NCBI GenBank assembly: GCA_963707915.1
Contig: OY970178.1
Coordinates: forward strand, 1,440,001-1,504,000
Length of the DNA stretch: 64,000 nt
From: Candidatus Eiseniibacteriota bacterium
GTDB taxonomy: Bacteria > Eisenbacteria > RBG-16-71-46
Direction: 5' to 3'
Below the pieces are notes generated by a model that saw only the letters and a list, made by a program, of their open reading frames with translations, ran no database searches and was not told the origin of the DNA. This document shows, piece after piece, positions 21,651 through 31,895 of this stretch (the first letter of the stretch is position 1; the number at the start of each line of letters is the position of its first letter). The translations under genes were made by a program, and so were the position numbers.

Positions 21651-22955
21651 GATCGGGAGTTTGGGCTGCCCGACACGGTGGACAGGATCTACGCGGGGTG
21701 GTGGAAGTACGCGGGAGCAGCCTGGGGCCGGCGGCGGTGGGTGGTGGCTCAGGACCAAACCGGCCCCAGGACCTGGTACTCGGACACGGCGCACATCTGG
21801 CACAACCGCGACCTGACGTGGTGGGATGCGGGGGATCGGGGGGTGGCGGTGGCGCCGCTGACCGACACGACCGCGTTGTTGGTAACGGCGGGGCGCGGCT
21901 CGTCGCTGCGTTGGAGCCTGCTGGAGGGCGATGCCTGGGTGAGTGGTGACCGTATACCCGGTTTGGACGGCCTCGGTAATCCGCAGGCACCTTGCCTGCG
22001 CCGGAGTCCGAGCGGGGCGCTGTGGCTGGGCTGGAGCACGGACCAGGCTTATGTGCAACTGGCGACCTTCGGGGACGGGACCTGGAGCTACGCGGGCAGG
22101 CTTGAATGTACCGCGAAGCCGGTGCCTGGTTACTACTTCTCGAAGGTCATCCGATTGAGCCGCGACGACTGGGAGTTGCCAGTGGTGTTCTGGTTCGAGC
22201 ACAACTCGGACGCTGCGTTCACTGGCTCGGCCTACGTCTCGGTGCCAAACGACTCGGGCTATCCAGCGGGGGAGTACTTGCCTGGCAGTTGGGGTGGCGC
22301 CAGTGGCGATGTCGTCCGGGACCGCAATGGCGACGTCTGGGTGGCGTGGCGGGAGGAGTTTGATGGGATGTTCTGGACCCATAGTTTCACTCGAGCGACC
22401 TGCAGCGCGCCGGAGATGCGCCGGCGCGGGCACTCGCTCTTGGTGACCTGGCAGCTCTCGGAGCCAGCGCCCGAGACTTGGTGGGCGGTGGAGCGGGCCC
22501 GAGACTGGGAGCCGTTCGCTGAGGTGGCCCGGGTGCGAGCGGGCGCCACCGCGGAGATGTCCTGGGCCGACCCCGACCGTGAACGCGGACCCGTGCGCTA
22601 TCGGATCCGGCGGGAGTGCCTGGACACGCGCTACCGGTGGTGGAGCGGGGAAGCCCGCTGGCCAAAGCAAAGCCACAGGCCGCTGGGGCTGCGGCTGGCG
22701 GGCTGGCCCTCACAGGGCACGGTGGCGTTCGACGTGGAGGAGGCGGCCGCGGGGCCGCTGGAGATCGCGCTCTACGATGTCGCGGGGCGGCGGGTCTTGC
22801 GGCGCAGCGAAGCGGTCAACGCGACCGGCCGCCTGAGCTACCGCCTGGATCTCAGCGGCGCCGACCGACTGGTCGGCAGCGGGGTGTACTTCCTCAGCGT
22901 CCGCGACGCCTCCGGGGAGCAGGCGGAGACCGCGAAGATCGTCGTTCTCCGGTAG
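21651..22955 (+). pseudogene. N-terminally truncated secreted protein with C-terminal sorting-like domain; paralog of 28115..30112
   Basis: Open frame begins at the IS end (DREFGLPDTVDRIYAG…), aligning mid-protein to the paralog (GGFGLPDTLGLIRAG…); C-terminal LYDVAGRRV…SGVYFL…KIVVLR. Confidence 0.75.
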
Positions 22956-23135
22956 TACGTTCACGTTCCCGGAAGATCCTGCTCTTCGATCGCCCGATTG
23001 AGGAGCAGAAACCCGGTCGGGCTCGGGGTCAGGATCACACTCGCTGGCGGCCTCGCGTGCTTCCGCGGCCACCGTTGTGGACTTCAGCCACGTGAATCGC
23101 GTCGAGATCGAGGGACCGAACGTGCCTCTGGCAAA

Positions 23136-23164
23136 GTGGGGCCCGAGAGATTCCCGGGCCCCAC
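23136..23164 (-). terminator. Probable intrinsic terminator of the large secreted-protein gene
   Basis: 10-bp stem GTGGGGCCCG/CGGGCCCCAC about 30 nt past the stop at 23192, followed by TTT on the minus strand. Confidence 0.6.
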
Positions 23165-23191
23165 CAGAACCACTCCTCATCCGGCCTGCGG

Positions 23192-26100
23192 TTACTTCAC
23201 GAGGATCATCTTCCGTTGGGCTTGGAAGGCACCGGCCTGCAGTCGGCAGATGTACATGCCCGCCCGCACCCGGCTGCCGCCCGCCATGCGCCCGTCCCAG
23301 GTGCTCTGATGGTAGCCGGCCGGGTAGACGCCGTCGGCCAACTTGGCGATCCGCCGCCCCTGCAGGTCAAAGACCTCCAGCCGCACGCTCGAGGGCCGCG
23401 GCAGATCAAAGCGCACGAGCGTCATCGCGGTCACGGGATTCGGCTGGTTCGGGTGCAACGCGAACTCGGTCGGCAGAGGGTTGGCCGTGGCGCGGGCTTC
23501 CATCGCGGCTTGGGCCCTCGAGAGCTTGGCCCGCTTCGACGTTCGCGCCCCCCGCAGGACCAGGAAGGCGTCGCGCTTGAGGCCTTGCTCGGCCGGCTTC
23601 AGCTCGTAGGTCAGCACGACCGACTCGCCCGTCTGAACCGTCATGCCGCCGGCCTCGGCCGAGGCCAGCAACGTCGTCGCGTCCCCCTGCGTGGAGTGAA
23701 CCGCCGAGCTGGGAGCGAGCGGCGACAGCGACTCGAGCTTGACCGGCTTCACCCAGGCCAGGCGCCGCACCTCGCACTCCTGGTGGAACAGCAGGCGCGC
23801 CGCGTTGGCATCGAGCGAATCCACCACGAAGGCGTACGAGCCGGCCCGTGGACGCAGGTGCTCGACCGTGGTCCACTCGTCTTTGCCGGCAGGTACCTGG
23901 ACCTCCACACCCCCGGAGTCCTGGGCGGTGCCGCGACCGGCGAGCTCCACCAGGAGCGCTTGGCCGGTAGCTTCCTTCTCTGCCAGCGTCACCTCCCAGG
24001 TCGTCCCGGTCGCGACCATGCGCGAGTCCTCGCTCGAGTCGATCACCGCCGAGAGCGACTGCTGCCCGTCGGTCAGCGCGTAGACCGAGGCAGCCTCCCC
24101 CAACAGCAACTTGCCCTTGCAGGTGAAGGCCTGGACGTCCGCCTTGTGATCCACCACGGCCAGGCCGGCCAGCTTCACCGCCAGCGCCGCGCTGCCGGGA
24201 TAGCTCAGCCTGACCCGGGCCACCGAATCACCCGCGGCGATCGGGGTCCGCAGCGCGTAGACGTCGGTCACCGGCGCGGTGGTCGTAGCCTGCTCCAGCA
24301 CCGAGTTCTCCAGGTGCCAGCCCATCTCGCCCCCGCCCTGGGCCATCAGGTCCTCGGTGTTGCATTCCTTGATCTTGGATCCGCTGCAGGTGGTCTTGCC
24401 GCTGGCGACGTTGCTCAACGCCGACCAGTGCCCGGCGTCGTCCTGGGTCTTGACCGCGAAGTAGTACCAGGTGCAAGCCGAGAGCGTGCCGTTGGGCGCC
24501 AATGCGCATTCCAGCGTGCCCGACTCCCCCGGTGCTCCGGTCGCCAGGGTGTCGCAGGAGAAGAAGTTGCCTTCGGTGATCGTGCTGGTGGAGTAGGCCA
24601 CTCGCGAGCGACAGGCCGTCCCAGTGAGGCTGTCGTCGCCGGGTGCCACCCAGCCCACCGCGGCTGAAGTGTGCCCCATCTCCGGCACCACCTCGGACGC
24701 GGCCGGGCGCAGGCTGTCGGGCTCGATGGCGATGCGGATGACCTTCTGCGCCACCCCGCCGGAACCGTCCAGCGCCCGGACGACGACGAAGTGCTCGCTG
24801 CCCGCCGGAGGATTCGGCCAAGAGAACTCGCCCGCGGCGGACAGACTCGCCCCACTCGGCAGGTAGGCCGCCGAGAAGGTCACACCCTCGCCATCCGGAT
24901 CTGTGGCCGAGTAGGTCTGGGTCAAGGTCTGGTTGCAGGATCCGGCGAGGACCGTGTCCCGGGGGGCGTTGACGAAGTACGGGGCGTGGTTCCAGCTCAC
25001 CTGGCCGACGTAGATGTCGGAGGCCGAGCCGATGGCATGCTCGTCGGACGCATAGGCAATCCGGGTGCCGTCGTAGGACCAACGTGGGTCGCTGTAGATA
25101 GCGTTGCGCTGCTGGAACTGGGGTAGCGGCAGGCGCTGCAGCGTATCGCGTAGCGCGATGCGACGGAACGGCGTCGTTACGAGACTGTCGTAGCCCGCCG
25201 GGAACGGGTAGCTATCGTGATCCAACCACATGCACTGCTTGCGACACGACACAGCATCAGCCTGCTCAATGACGATCGACCCAGAGCCGCGATGCAGGTC
25301 GAACGAATGGGTGCTCGCGATCGGTTCGGCCATTGCGGTGGCTGCCTCCAACATGCCGCCGTCGGTCCTCACTCGATAGAGGCTGTCCCCGCTCGAGAAC
25401 CACACCCACCTCCCGGCCGGCCCCCAACGCAGCGACACGATCGCATTGTGCGGCGAATGAAACTCTGCAAGCACGGTGTCGCGTTGCCCCGTGAGATCGA
25501 TTCGGCGCACCTGTTGTACGCCGTCGCACTCCTCACCGACGGAGTGTGGCAGGCACAACACATAGGCGACCTGCTGGCCGTCGGGCGAGAAGGCCGGATC
25601 GCTCACGCATCCCGCGTTTCCATGGCATGTGAGCCATCTCGTCTCCTGGGTCACGACATTGTGGATGGCGATGTCCGTGTACGGGAAGAGATCCCGCGCA
25701 CGGTCCATTCGGTAAGCCACCCAATCTCCCCGCGGGGACCAGTCTGCCTGATCCTGGCTCCGAGAGGCTTCTGGTTCCAACAATGCTGTGGTCCGGCCAG
25801 ATAGAGACGTTGTGTAGATCTGGCTTCGACCCGACAGCCTACGCGTGTATGCCAGTTGGTCGCCATCTGGCGAGAAGGAAGGCTCCCGCACCAGGTCGTT
25901 CGACAACCAATCCAGCCGGACGGGGTTCTGTGCCGCGAAGGGGGAATAGCGCAATCCCAGCCCAAGTCGGTAACTGGCGACCTCCTCGTAGGAGTTCAGT
26001 TGACTCTCGGTGTAGTACTGGCTGCGGCCGTCCGCCATGCTCAAGACGACCACCACAGCCTTGACCCCATCGCCGAACCCCGGCACAACCACATGCAGTG

Positions 26101-27862
26101 CCACTGCCCCAGCACTATCCACATCAGTCCACTGCGGCTCGATCACTACCGAGGCCCACTCCGGATGTGCCCAGAGCGGTTGGGGAACGCCGTTTATGCT
26201 CTGTTCGCGATAGCCAATCGCTGAGGCGAACAGGCGGCCCTCTCGCCACTTGTAGTCGCCGCACCACGTCGACGCGGCCTTCACGCCGATACTGTCCACG
26301 TAGACGGTGATGGCCAAGTCCTGTCCCGTCCGCTGGCTCGTCGGGTCGCTGCGGACGATCCAGTACTCCGATCCGAACGGTTGCAAAACCAGCGGGTAAC
26401 TGACGGAGTTGTAGCTACGCTCGTCGCGAAGAACGGTGTCACGCGTCCCATATCGGTCAGACAGGGTGACTTCGGGGGGCACAATGATGACATGATCAGA
26501 ATCACGGCAGTTACCCGTCTCTGGGAATGCTTGCCACGCGCCCACCTGCCGAGCCGGCGAGAAGTTGGGATCGACCTGGTACCCATACTGGTGTTGCGCC
26601 AGCGCGGGGTTGTTCACGTAGTTGGCAATGCGCCAGTTGTGCAGGAGCAACGCGAACCGCAGCGTGTCGTTGATCTCTGGGAAGTAGGTTGCACACGTCG
26701 CACAGGAGTCATCATTCAGCAGATCGCGCAGGGTCGACCACGAGGCATTCTCCCGCGTTGCCCAGCGATGTAGCAGGTCGTCCTGAATGCCGGAGAGCGT
26801 CGCTGAGGTGTCCGCGCCGCGGAAGTCGTAGGCGAGGTAGGCGGCGAACAGGCTCCTGCCCTGGTAGTTCTGGCCGAAGTACCGCAGATTGCTGCATCCA
26901 TCCAAGGCGCCCGGCCCGAAATGCTGATCGTTCACGGTCAGAGGCCAAGTGTAGGCCATTGGGAACCTGAGTTCCGGCGTCTGATTGCCTGCAACCGCCT
27001 CCGCGCCGGCCGAGAACATCTCCCCGAGCGCGTTGTCTCTAGTTGTCCCAGGCAGCGAATGGCGGAACTCGTGAGAGAACCGCAAACACTGCAGGCTGTC
27101 AGGATTCGTCCAATCGTTCCCGGTCGTGTCTAGTCGGCGCGCCCCGAGGGGGCTCTCGACCATGATGGAGTTGCTGTGCATCACAGCAGTATCGGCAACG
27201 GCATGCCCGGTGGTCGAGTCCTCTTCGCCGCTGATGAACATCGACGGGTACTGCCCACCGTAGTCCAGCGGGTGATGGTTAAGGGAATTGTTTGGGTCGT
27301 GCCAGATGCGGTCACGGTTCCACAGGTAGACGTCGACATGTGAGCGGTCGCTCAAGTTGTAAGGTGGTATGGCGTCCTCACCGTCCTGCGCCGGGACGCC
27401 CTCCGTGTTGAGGCCGACCACCATGGCACTGGAATCACGCGGGTCAATAGGGTCATACGCTTGCCCGTGGCCCGGGCTACGGAAGTACTCGTAGAGCCAC
27501 CGGATCTTTGAGTACGGCGCGCCAAATGGATTGGTGCCGGTCAGCCCCACTAGTGAGTGCGCGTAGTTCCACAGCGTGTTGTCGAGGGCCTCAGACCGCC
27601 ACACCACGCTAGAGTCTATGTTCATCTCGTCCCACATCAGCTCGAGGTCCCGGTACCTGAGGCTTTGGTAAGGCTGATCAGCTCTCCAGGCTCTGAACGC
27701 ATGTGGTCCCGAGTACTCTGGGTACAGCACTGTGTTGCTGGTCGTGCCTTGGACGAAGGCGGGTGATGCGTCGCGCGTCGTGTCAGCCTGGCCGAGGGAA
27801 CTGAGGATCAGGGCCAAGGCGGACAAGGCCATCATGATGGTCCTGCGGCTATACGGCGTCAT
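23192..27862 (-). CDS. Large secreted multidomain protein: putative HExxH Zn-metallopeptidase, TolB/PD40 propeller, Ig/FN3-like domains and FlgD-Ig/T9SS-like C-terminus
   Basis: GGAGG before ATG 27862; signal peptide; FSHEFRH…GEMFS; PSFSPDGDQLAY, WSPRGDWVAY, PAFSPDGQQVAY and PRWSYDGTRIAY repeats; SATDPDGEGVTF; WVAPGDD…YYFAVKTQDDAGHWSALSN; PNP…FDLQGRRI…WDG…GMY. Confidence 0.8.
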   Translation of the reverse strand: MTPYSRRTIMMALSALALILSSLGQADTTRDASPAFVQGTTSNTVLYPEYSGPHAFRAWRADQPYQSLRYRDLELMWDEMNIDSSVVWRSEALDNTLWNYAHSLVGLTGTNPFGAPYSKIRWLYEYFRSPGHGQAYDPIDPRDSSAMVVGLNTEGVPAQDGEDAIPPYNLSDRSHVDVYLWNRDRIWHDPNNSLNHHPLDYGGQYPSMFISGEEDSTTGHAVADTAVMHSNSIMVESPLGARRLDTTGNDWTNPDSLQCLRFSHEFRHSLPGTTRDNALGEMFSAGAEAVAGNQTPELRFPMAYTWPLTVNDQHFGPGALDGCSNLRYFGQNYQGRSLFAAYLAYDFRGADTSATLSGIQDDLLHRWATRENASWSTLRDLLNDDSCATCATYFPEINDTLRFALLLHNWRIANYVNNPALAQHQYGYQVDPNFSPARQVGAWQAFPETGNCRDSDHVIIVPPEVTLSDRYGTRDTVLRDERSYNSVSYPLVLQPFGSEYWIVRSDPTSQRTGQDLAITVYVDSIGVKAASTWCGDYKWREGRLFASAIGYREQSINGVPQPLWAHPEWASVVIEPQWTDVDSAGAVALHVVVPGFGDGVKAVVVVLSMADGRSQYYTESQLNSYEEVASYRLGLGLRYSPFAAQNPVRLDWLSNDLVREPSFSPDGDQLAYTRRLSGRSQIYTTSLSGRTTALLEPEASRSQDQADWSPRGDWVAYRMDRARDLFPYTDIAIHNVVTQETRWLTCHGNAGCVSDPAFSPDGQQVAYVLCLPHSVGEECDGVQQVRRIDLTGQRDTVLAEFHSPHNAIVSLRWGPAGRWVWFSSGDSLYRVRTDGGMLEAATAMAEPIASTHSFDLHRGSGSIVIEQADAVSCRKQCMWLDHDSYPFPAGYDSLVTTPFRRIALRDTLQRLPLPQFQQRNAIYSDPRWSYDGTRIAYASDEHAIGSASDIYVGQVSWNHAPYFVNAPRDTVLAGSCNQTLTQTYSATDPDGEGVTFSAAYLPSGASLSAAGEFSWPNPPAGSEHFVVVRALDGSGGVAQKVIRIAIEPDSLRPAASEVVPEMGHTSAAVGWVAPGDDSLTGTACRSRVAYSTSTITEGNFFSCDTLATGAPGESGTLECALAPNGTLSACTWYYFAVKTQDDAGHWSALSNVASGKTTCSGSKIKECNTEDLMAQGGGEMGWHLENSVLEQATTTAPVTDVYALRTPIAAGDSVARVRLSYPGSAALAVKLAGLAVVDHKADVQAFTCKGKLLLGEAASVYALTDGQQSLSAVIDSSEDSRMVATGTTWEVTLAEKEATGQALLVELAGRGTAQDSGGVEVQVPAGKDEWTTVEHLRPRAGSYAFVVDSLDANAARLLFHQECEVRRLAWVKPVKLESLSPLAPSSAVHSTQGDATTLLASAEAGGMTVQTGESVVLTYELKPAEQGLKRDAFLVLRGARTSKRAKLSRAQAAMEARATANPLPTEFALHPNQPNPVTAMTLVRFDLPRPSSVRLEVFDLQGRRIAKLADGVYPAGYHQSTWDGRMAGGSRVRAGMYICRLQAGAFQAQRKMILVK

Positions 27863-28011
27863 GTTGCGGCCTCCGGGCATGACACGGCGTGCTGCAGGCC
27901 AGCCCATTGCGGGCGCGCCCAGCATGTTCACTGACGTTCAGGCGCTTGGCGGTCGCGAGGTGCGGCGTGAGAGGTGGAGCGGACTTCATGGCCCCAGCGT
28001 GGATCGCGTTA

Positions 28012-28025
28012 TGGTATGATGTCAA
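28012..28025. promoter_or_regulatory. Overlapping divergent promoter elements between the two secreted-protein genes
   Basis: Plus-strand extended -10 TGGTATGAT (28012-28020) overlapping a minus-strand TTGACA (28025-28020). Confidence 0.45.
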
Positions 28026-28114
28026 GAGAGAAGTGACCTGCGCTGGGTGCGAGTTGAAGCAAGTGACGCGGCGGCAGCATGATGACTCGATGGAGGCATG
28101 CGATAGTGAAAGCT

Positions 28115-30112
28115 ATGTCAGGCGTGCCGCGGGGGTTGCGCAGTGCACATTGGGTCGGAATCGTTGTGCTGGCAATTGCAGTGGCTGGTGGAGCTCTACC
28201 CTATGTTGAGAGTTGCTGGGCGCTGAGTCCCGGGCGAAGCTGGACCCCTGTGGACACCACGAAGGTCGCTGGGCACACACACCTGTTCCCCGACCGCGTT
28301 GAGCTGGATTCGCTTGGGACGCCTCTGGTGTTTGCGGCGCTAGCTGGGGGCATTGGACGGGGCACTTGTGCCCTGAGTTGGGCGGACTCCGTTTGGGCGC
28401 CGCGCGCAGAGCTGGGCTACGGCGTCGGTCCGATCAAGCAGGTCGTGTCGCTCGGGGCTGGTCATGGCCTAGTCTGGTCGACCCTGGGGGCCGTGGAGGT
28501 CCCGGGTGTCGGCACTGAGGTGCATCTGGTGATGTCGAGGTTTGGACCCGGAGGGTTTGGGCTGCCCGATACGCTGGGCCTGATCCGCGCCGGCTTCTGG
28601 CTCTACGCCGGCGCAGTCGCGGGCCCTAGGCGCTGGGTAGTGGACGACGACGGCACGGTGCAATTGTTTGCGTGGTACTCGGACTCGTCGCGGGTGTGGC
28701 ATCGGCTCGTGCTGCCGTGGGGACAGGGCGCCGGTGACTTCGGGGTGGCGGTCGCACCCCTGGACGACAGCACCGCGGTGGTGGCCTACGCGAGTCGGTG
28801 GCCAACGCCGTTGCGCTGGGGCTTGCTGCAGGGCGACACCTGCGTGCTTGGCGGTGACGTGCCCGCGCCGGCTGGCGATGGTATCTCATGTTCCCCCAGC
28901 TTCCGCCGAAGCCCGAGCGGGGCGCTATGGCTGGGCTGGAGCACGGACTATCCCTATGTGCGGTTGGCGAGATACCGGGATGCAGCGTGGGGGGACACAG
29001 CCACGCTTCAGCCTGGCGCTGGCCTGCCGCGGGATAGGTACGCGTCTAGAGGCTTGTGGCTAAGTCGCGACACTTGGGAGTTGCCGACGGTGATGTGGGT
29101 CCTCTTCGACACGTACGGCGGCTGGACCGGCTCGATCTACGTCAGCGTGCCGGATGATGCGGGCTTTCCTGTGGGCGAGCTTGTGCCGGGCAGCCTGGGC
29201 GGTGACTATGGCGACGTGACGCGCGACCGCAACGGTGACGTCTGGGTCGTATGGGAGACCGAAGGCGACGGGATGTTCTGGACGCACAGCTACACCCGGG
29301 CCACCTGCAGCGCACCGGAGGTGAGCAGTCGGGGGAGCGCCCTGTCCGTGTCCTGGAAGCTCTCGGAGCTGGCGCCTGAGACCTGGTGGGCGGTGGAGCG
29401 CGCGCGGGACGGGGAGCCGTTCTCGGAGGTGGCCCGGGTGCGAGCGGGCGCCACGACCGAGATGTCATGGGCCGACCCCGATCCGGAGCCCGGGCCTGTG
29501 CGGTACCGGATCCGGCGCGAGTGTCTGGATTCGCGCTATCAGTGGTGGGGTGCGGAAGACGGGTCTACGGCGGTGGAGGTGTCGCTGGTGAGCGCGCAGG
29601 CCAGCCCGGGTCAAGTGCGGCTGACGTGGCATTCCTCGCAGGACAGCATGGCGGCGACGGTCTATCGGTGCGAGGCAGGAGCGGCGTGGAGCGTGGTGGG
29701 CAACATCGAGTCGGACGGGACCGGACAGCTGGTGTACGAGGACGATCAGGTGTCGTCGGGCGCGCGATACGGGTACCGGCTGGGCGTGGTGGACCAGGGT
29801 CGTGAGGTGTTCGTGGGCGAGGCCTGGGTGGACGTGCCCTTGGCAGCGGAGCTGGCCCTGGGCGGCGTGCGGCCGAATCCTGCGTCAGGGGAGCTTGCGG
29901 TGGAATTCTCGCTGCCCGACGGCGCGCCGGCCCGGCTGGAGGCGTACGACCTGGCCGGGCGGCGGGTGGCGGTGCGCGAGGTCGGCCCGCTGGGCGGCGG
30001 GAGCCACGTGGTGAGGTTGGGCGAGAGGCGGCGGCTGTCGCCGGGCGTATACCAGTTGCGGCTGTCGCGGGGCGAGCGTGTGCTCACGGCGCGGGCGGTG
30101 GTCGTCCGCTGA
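28115..30112 (+). CDS. Secreted Trp-rich beta-rich protein with C-terminal FlgD-Ig/T9SS-like domain
   Basis: Signal peptide; intact paralog of 21651..22955; C-terminal VRPNPASG…YDLAGRRV…PGVYQLRL; start 28079 or 28115. Confidence 0.75.
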   Translation: MSGVPRGLRSAHWVGIVVLAIAVAGGALPYVESCWALSPGRSWTPVDTTKVAGHTHLFPDRVELDSLGTPLVFAALAGGIGRGTCALSWADSVWAPRAELGYGVGPIKQVVSLGAGHGLVWSTLGAVEVPGVGTEVHLVMSRFGPGGFGLPDTLGLIRAGFWLYAGAVAGPRRWVVDDDGTVQLFAWYSDSSRVWHRLVLPWGQGAGDFGVAVAPLDDSTAVVAYASRWPTPLRWGLLQGDTCVLGGDVPAPAGDGISCSPSFRRSPSGALWLGWSTDYPYVRLARYRDAAWGDTATLQPGAGLPRDRYASRGLWLSRDTWELPTVMWVLFDTYGGWTGSIYVSVPDDAGFPVGELVPGSLGGDYGDVTRDRNGDVWVVWETEGDGMFWTHSYTRATCSAPEVSSRGSALSVSWKLSELAPETWWAVERARDGEPFSEVARVRAGATTEMSWADPDPEPGPVRYRIRRECLDSRYQWWGAEDGSTAVEVSLVSAQASPGQVRLTWHSSQDSMAATVYRCEAGAAWSVVGNIESDGTGQLVYEDDQVSSGARYGYRLGVVDQGREVFVGEAWVDVPLAAELALGGVRPNPASGELAVEFSLPDGAPARLEAYDLAGRRVAVREVGPLGGGSHVVRLGERRRLSPGVYQLRLSRGERVLTARAVVVR

Positions 30113-30334
30113 AGGAACCACGCTTGGCGGCGCCTGGGCTCGCTCAGGCGGCCGCTTCTGCTTGGACCTTGGGTCCAAGTTCCTCGAGGCGGCGGATGCG
30201 AGCGCCCTGAGCCCAGGGCGGCTAGGGAATGAAGCTCCTCAAGGTTCCCTGATCTGCCAAGTCACAGGATCGCCCCAGCAGGCTGTAACCCACGGGGGCG
30301 ACGTGCAATAGCGTGGCTTGATGTCTTCTGTGAG

Positions 30335-30411
30335 TGGCGGGGTTGACGGGACTCGAACCCGCGACCTCCTGCGTGACAGGCAGGCGTTCTAACCAACTGA
30401 ACTACAACCCC
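30335..30411 (-). tRNA. tRNA-Asp(GTC)
   Basis: Reverse complement GGGGTTGTAGTTCAGTTGGTTAGAACGCCTGCCTGTCACGCAGGAGGTCGCGGGTTCGAGTCCCGTCAACCCCGCCA: 7-bp acceptor stem, GTC anticodon, TTCGA T-loop, encoded CCA. Confidence 0.97.
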
Positions 30412-30447
30412 GCGGGAAAGGGCCGCTGATGGCCCTCGAGCCGCGGA

Positions 30448-30477
30448 ACATTACCCGCGGCGTGCCCATGGTGTCAA
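30448..30477 (-). promoter_or_regulatory. Sigma70-type promoter for tRNA-Asp
   Basis: Minus strand TTGACA-N18-TAATGT, ending about 36 nt upstream of the tRNA 5' end. Confidence 0.55.
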
Positions 30478-30557
30478 TCCACGGCCGGCAGGACTCCCGG
30501 CGGCCATCCCGGCGCCGCGCCGGGGCCCCGGGCCAGGGCACCCGCCCATTGCCGGCC

Positions 30558-31895
30558 TTAGTAGAGCCGCTCGATCCCGATGTGGGGGTAGTAGTGCTCC
30601 AGGATGTCCTCGGCCCTGGATCCGGCGCGGGCCATGCCCAGCGCGCCCGTCTGGCACAGGCCCACGCCGTGGCCGGAGCCGGCCCCGCTCACCACGACCT
30701 CCATCGCCCGACCCGTGACCGGGTGGCGCCGCACGTCGATCTTGAACAGGGTGGAGCGCAGGATGGCGTCCGGGTTCCCGCCGCGGCGCAGCACCCCGCG
30801 GATGGCGTAGGCGGGGATCGTCACGTCGCCGGTCGAGGTCCGCACCCGCAGCCGCCAGACCCGGCCCGAGCGCGAACGCGCGTCGGCCCGCACGTCCACC
30901 AGGTCGCCGAGTCCCGCGGCCGGCAGCCGGAGCTTGAGCGCGGGGCCGAAGCGCTCGAGGTTGTCGAGGAACTCCTCCTCGCTCCAGCGCTCGCGCCAGC
31001 GGAACTGCGGCGAGGACGCGCAGTACTCGCCGCCCGGCCGGCCGTCGCGGACGCTCCCGAGGTAGGGCAGCGCCGCGGCGGGCCACGCCTCCCAGACCTC
31101 GGCGCTGATCCCGCCGCAGGTGGAGCAGTAGTTGGCGCGGATGGGCTGCCCGTCGAAGAGCGCCACCTTGCCGAACGTCTGCTCGACGCACCGGGTCGCC
31201 AGCGGGCGCTCGGTCTCGACCGGGCCGTAGACCTGGTCCTCGACCGTGCCGTACAGGTCGAAACCCTCGCTCGCGCGGCGCCCACGGTAGAAGAGCGTGT
31301 AGGAGCGCGCCGCGATCGCCTGGGCGCGGCCGGCCTCGACCAGGTCATCGGTGAGCCCGCCGATCTCGCCCGGCACCACGCCCAGCAGGTAGGTGTCGAG
31401 CGGGAGCTGGTCGGCGAGCGTGAGCTTGCCGCGCGGGTTGAGGAAGACCTTGAACGTGCCGCGCCAGGACTTGCCGTTCCAGCGCAGCAGGCCGCGCCGC
31501 GCGGTCACCCAGAGCGTGTCCGAGCGCGCGATGGGCAGCAGCGACACCGGGACGCTGCCCCGCCCGAAGCGCATGCCGGTCGCCGCGGCGCCCACCTTGA
31601 CCGGGCTCGAGATCGCCGGGAAGTCGGTCACGCCGGGGGCGCCGAGCCCCAGCGCCTCCCCGTCGATCACCAGGCTGTCCACGTCCCACGCCAGTCCCAC
31701 GCAGATCGCCGCCCCATGCTCGAAGCGCCCGGGTGCGGGCGTCCCGGCGAGCGGCGGCGGCGGCGCGGCCGGCGGCTCCGCGGGCACCGTCACCGGTGGC
31801 GGCGGAGCCGGGCGTGGCGGCGGCAACGGGGCGCACGACGCCGCGAGCAGCGACAGCGAGAGCCCGGCGGCGGCGGCACGAAGACCCGTCCTCAA
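30558..31895 (-). CDS. SpoIID/LytB-domain lipoprotein (putative lytic transglycosylase)
   Basis: Lipobox LLAASC; YLLGVVPGE, AQAIAARSY, DQVYG, YCSTCGG and GHGVGLCQTGA motifs; TTG start overlapping the anmK stop. Confidence 0.88.
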   Translation of the reverse strand: MRTGLRAAAAGLSLSLLAASCAPLPPPRPAPPPPVTVPAEPPAAPPPPLAGTPAPGRFEHGAAICVGLAWDVDSLVIDGEALGLGAPGVTDFPAISSPVKVGAAATGMRFGRGSVPVSLLPIARSDTLWVTARRGLLRWNGKSWRGTFKVFLNPRGKLTLADQLPLDTYLLGVVPGEIGGLTDDLVEAGRAQAIAARSYTLFYRGRRASEGFDLYGTVEDQVYGPVETERPLATRCVEQTFGKVALFDGQPIRANYCSTCGGISAEVWEAWPAAALPYLGSVRDGRPGGEYCASSPQFRWRERWSEEEFLDNLERFGPALKLRLPAAGLGDLVDVRADARSRSGRVWRLRVRTSTGDVTIPAYAIRGVLRRGGNPDAILRSTLFKIDVRRHPVTGRAMEVVVSGAGSGHGVGLCQTGALGMARAGSRAEDILEHYYPHIGIERLY

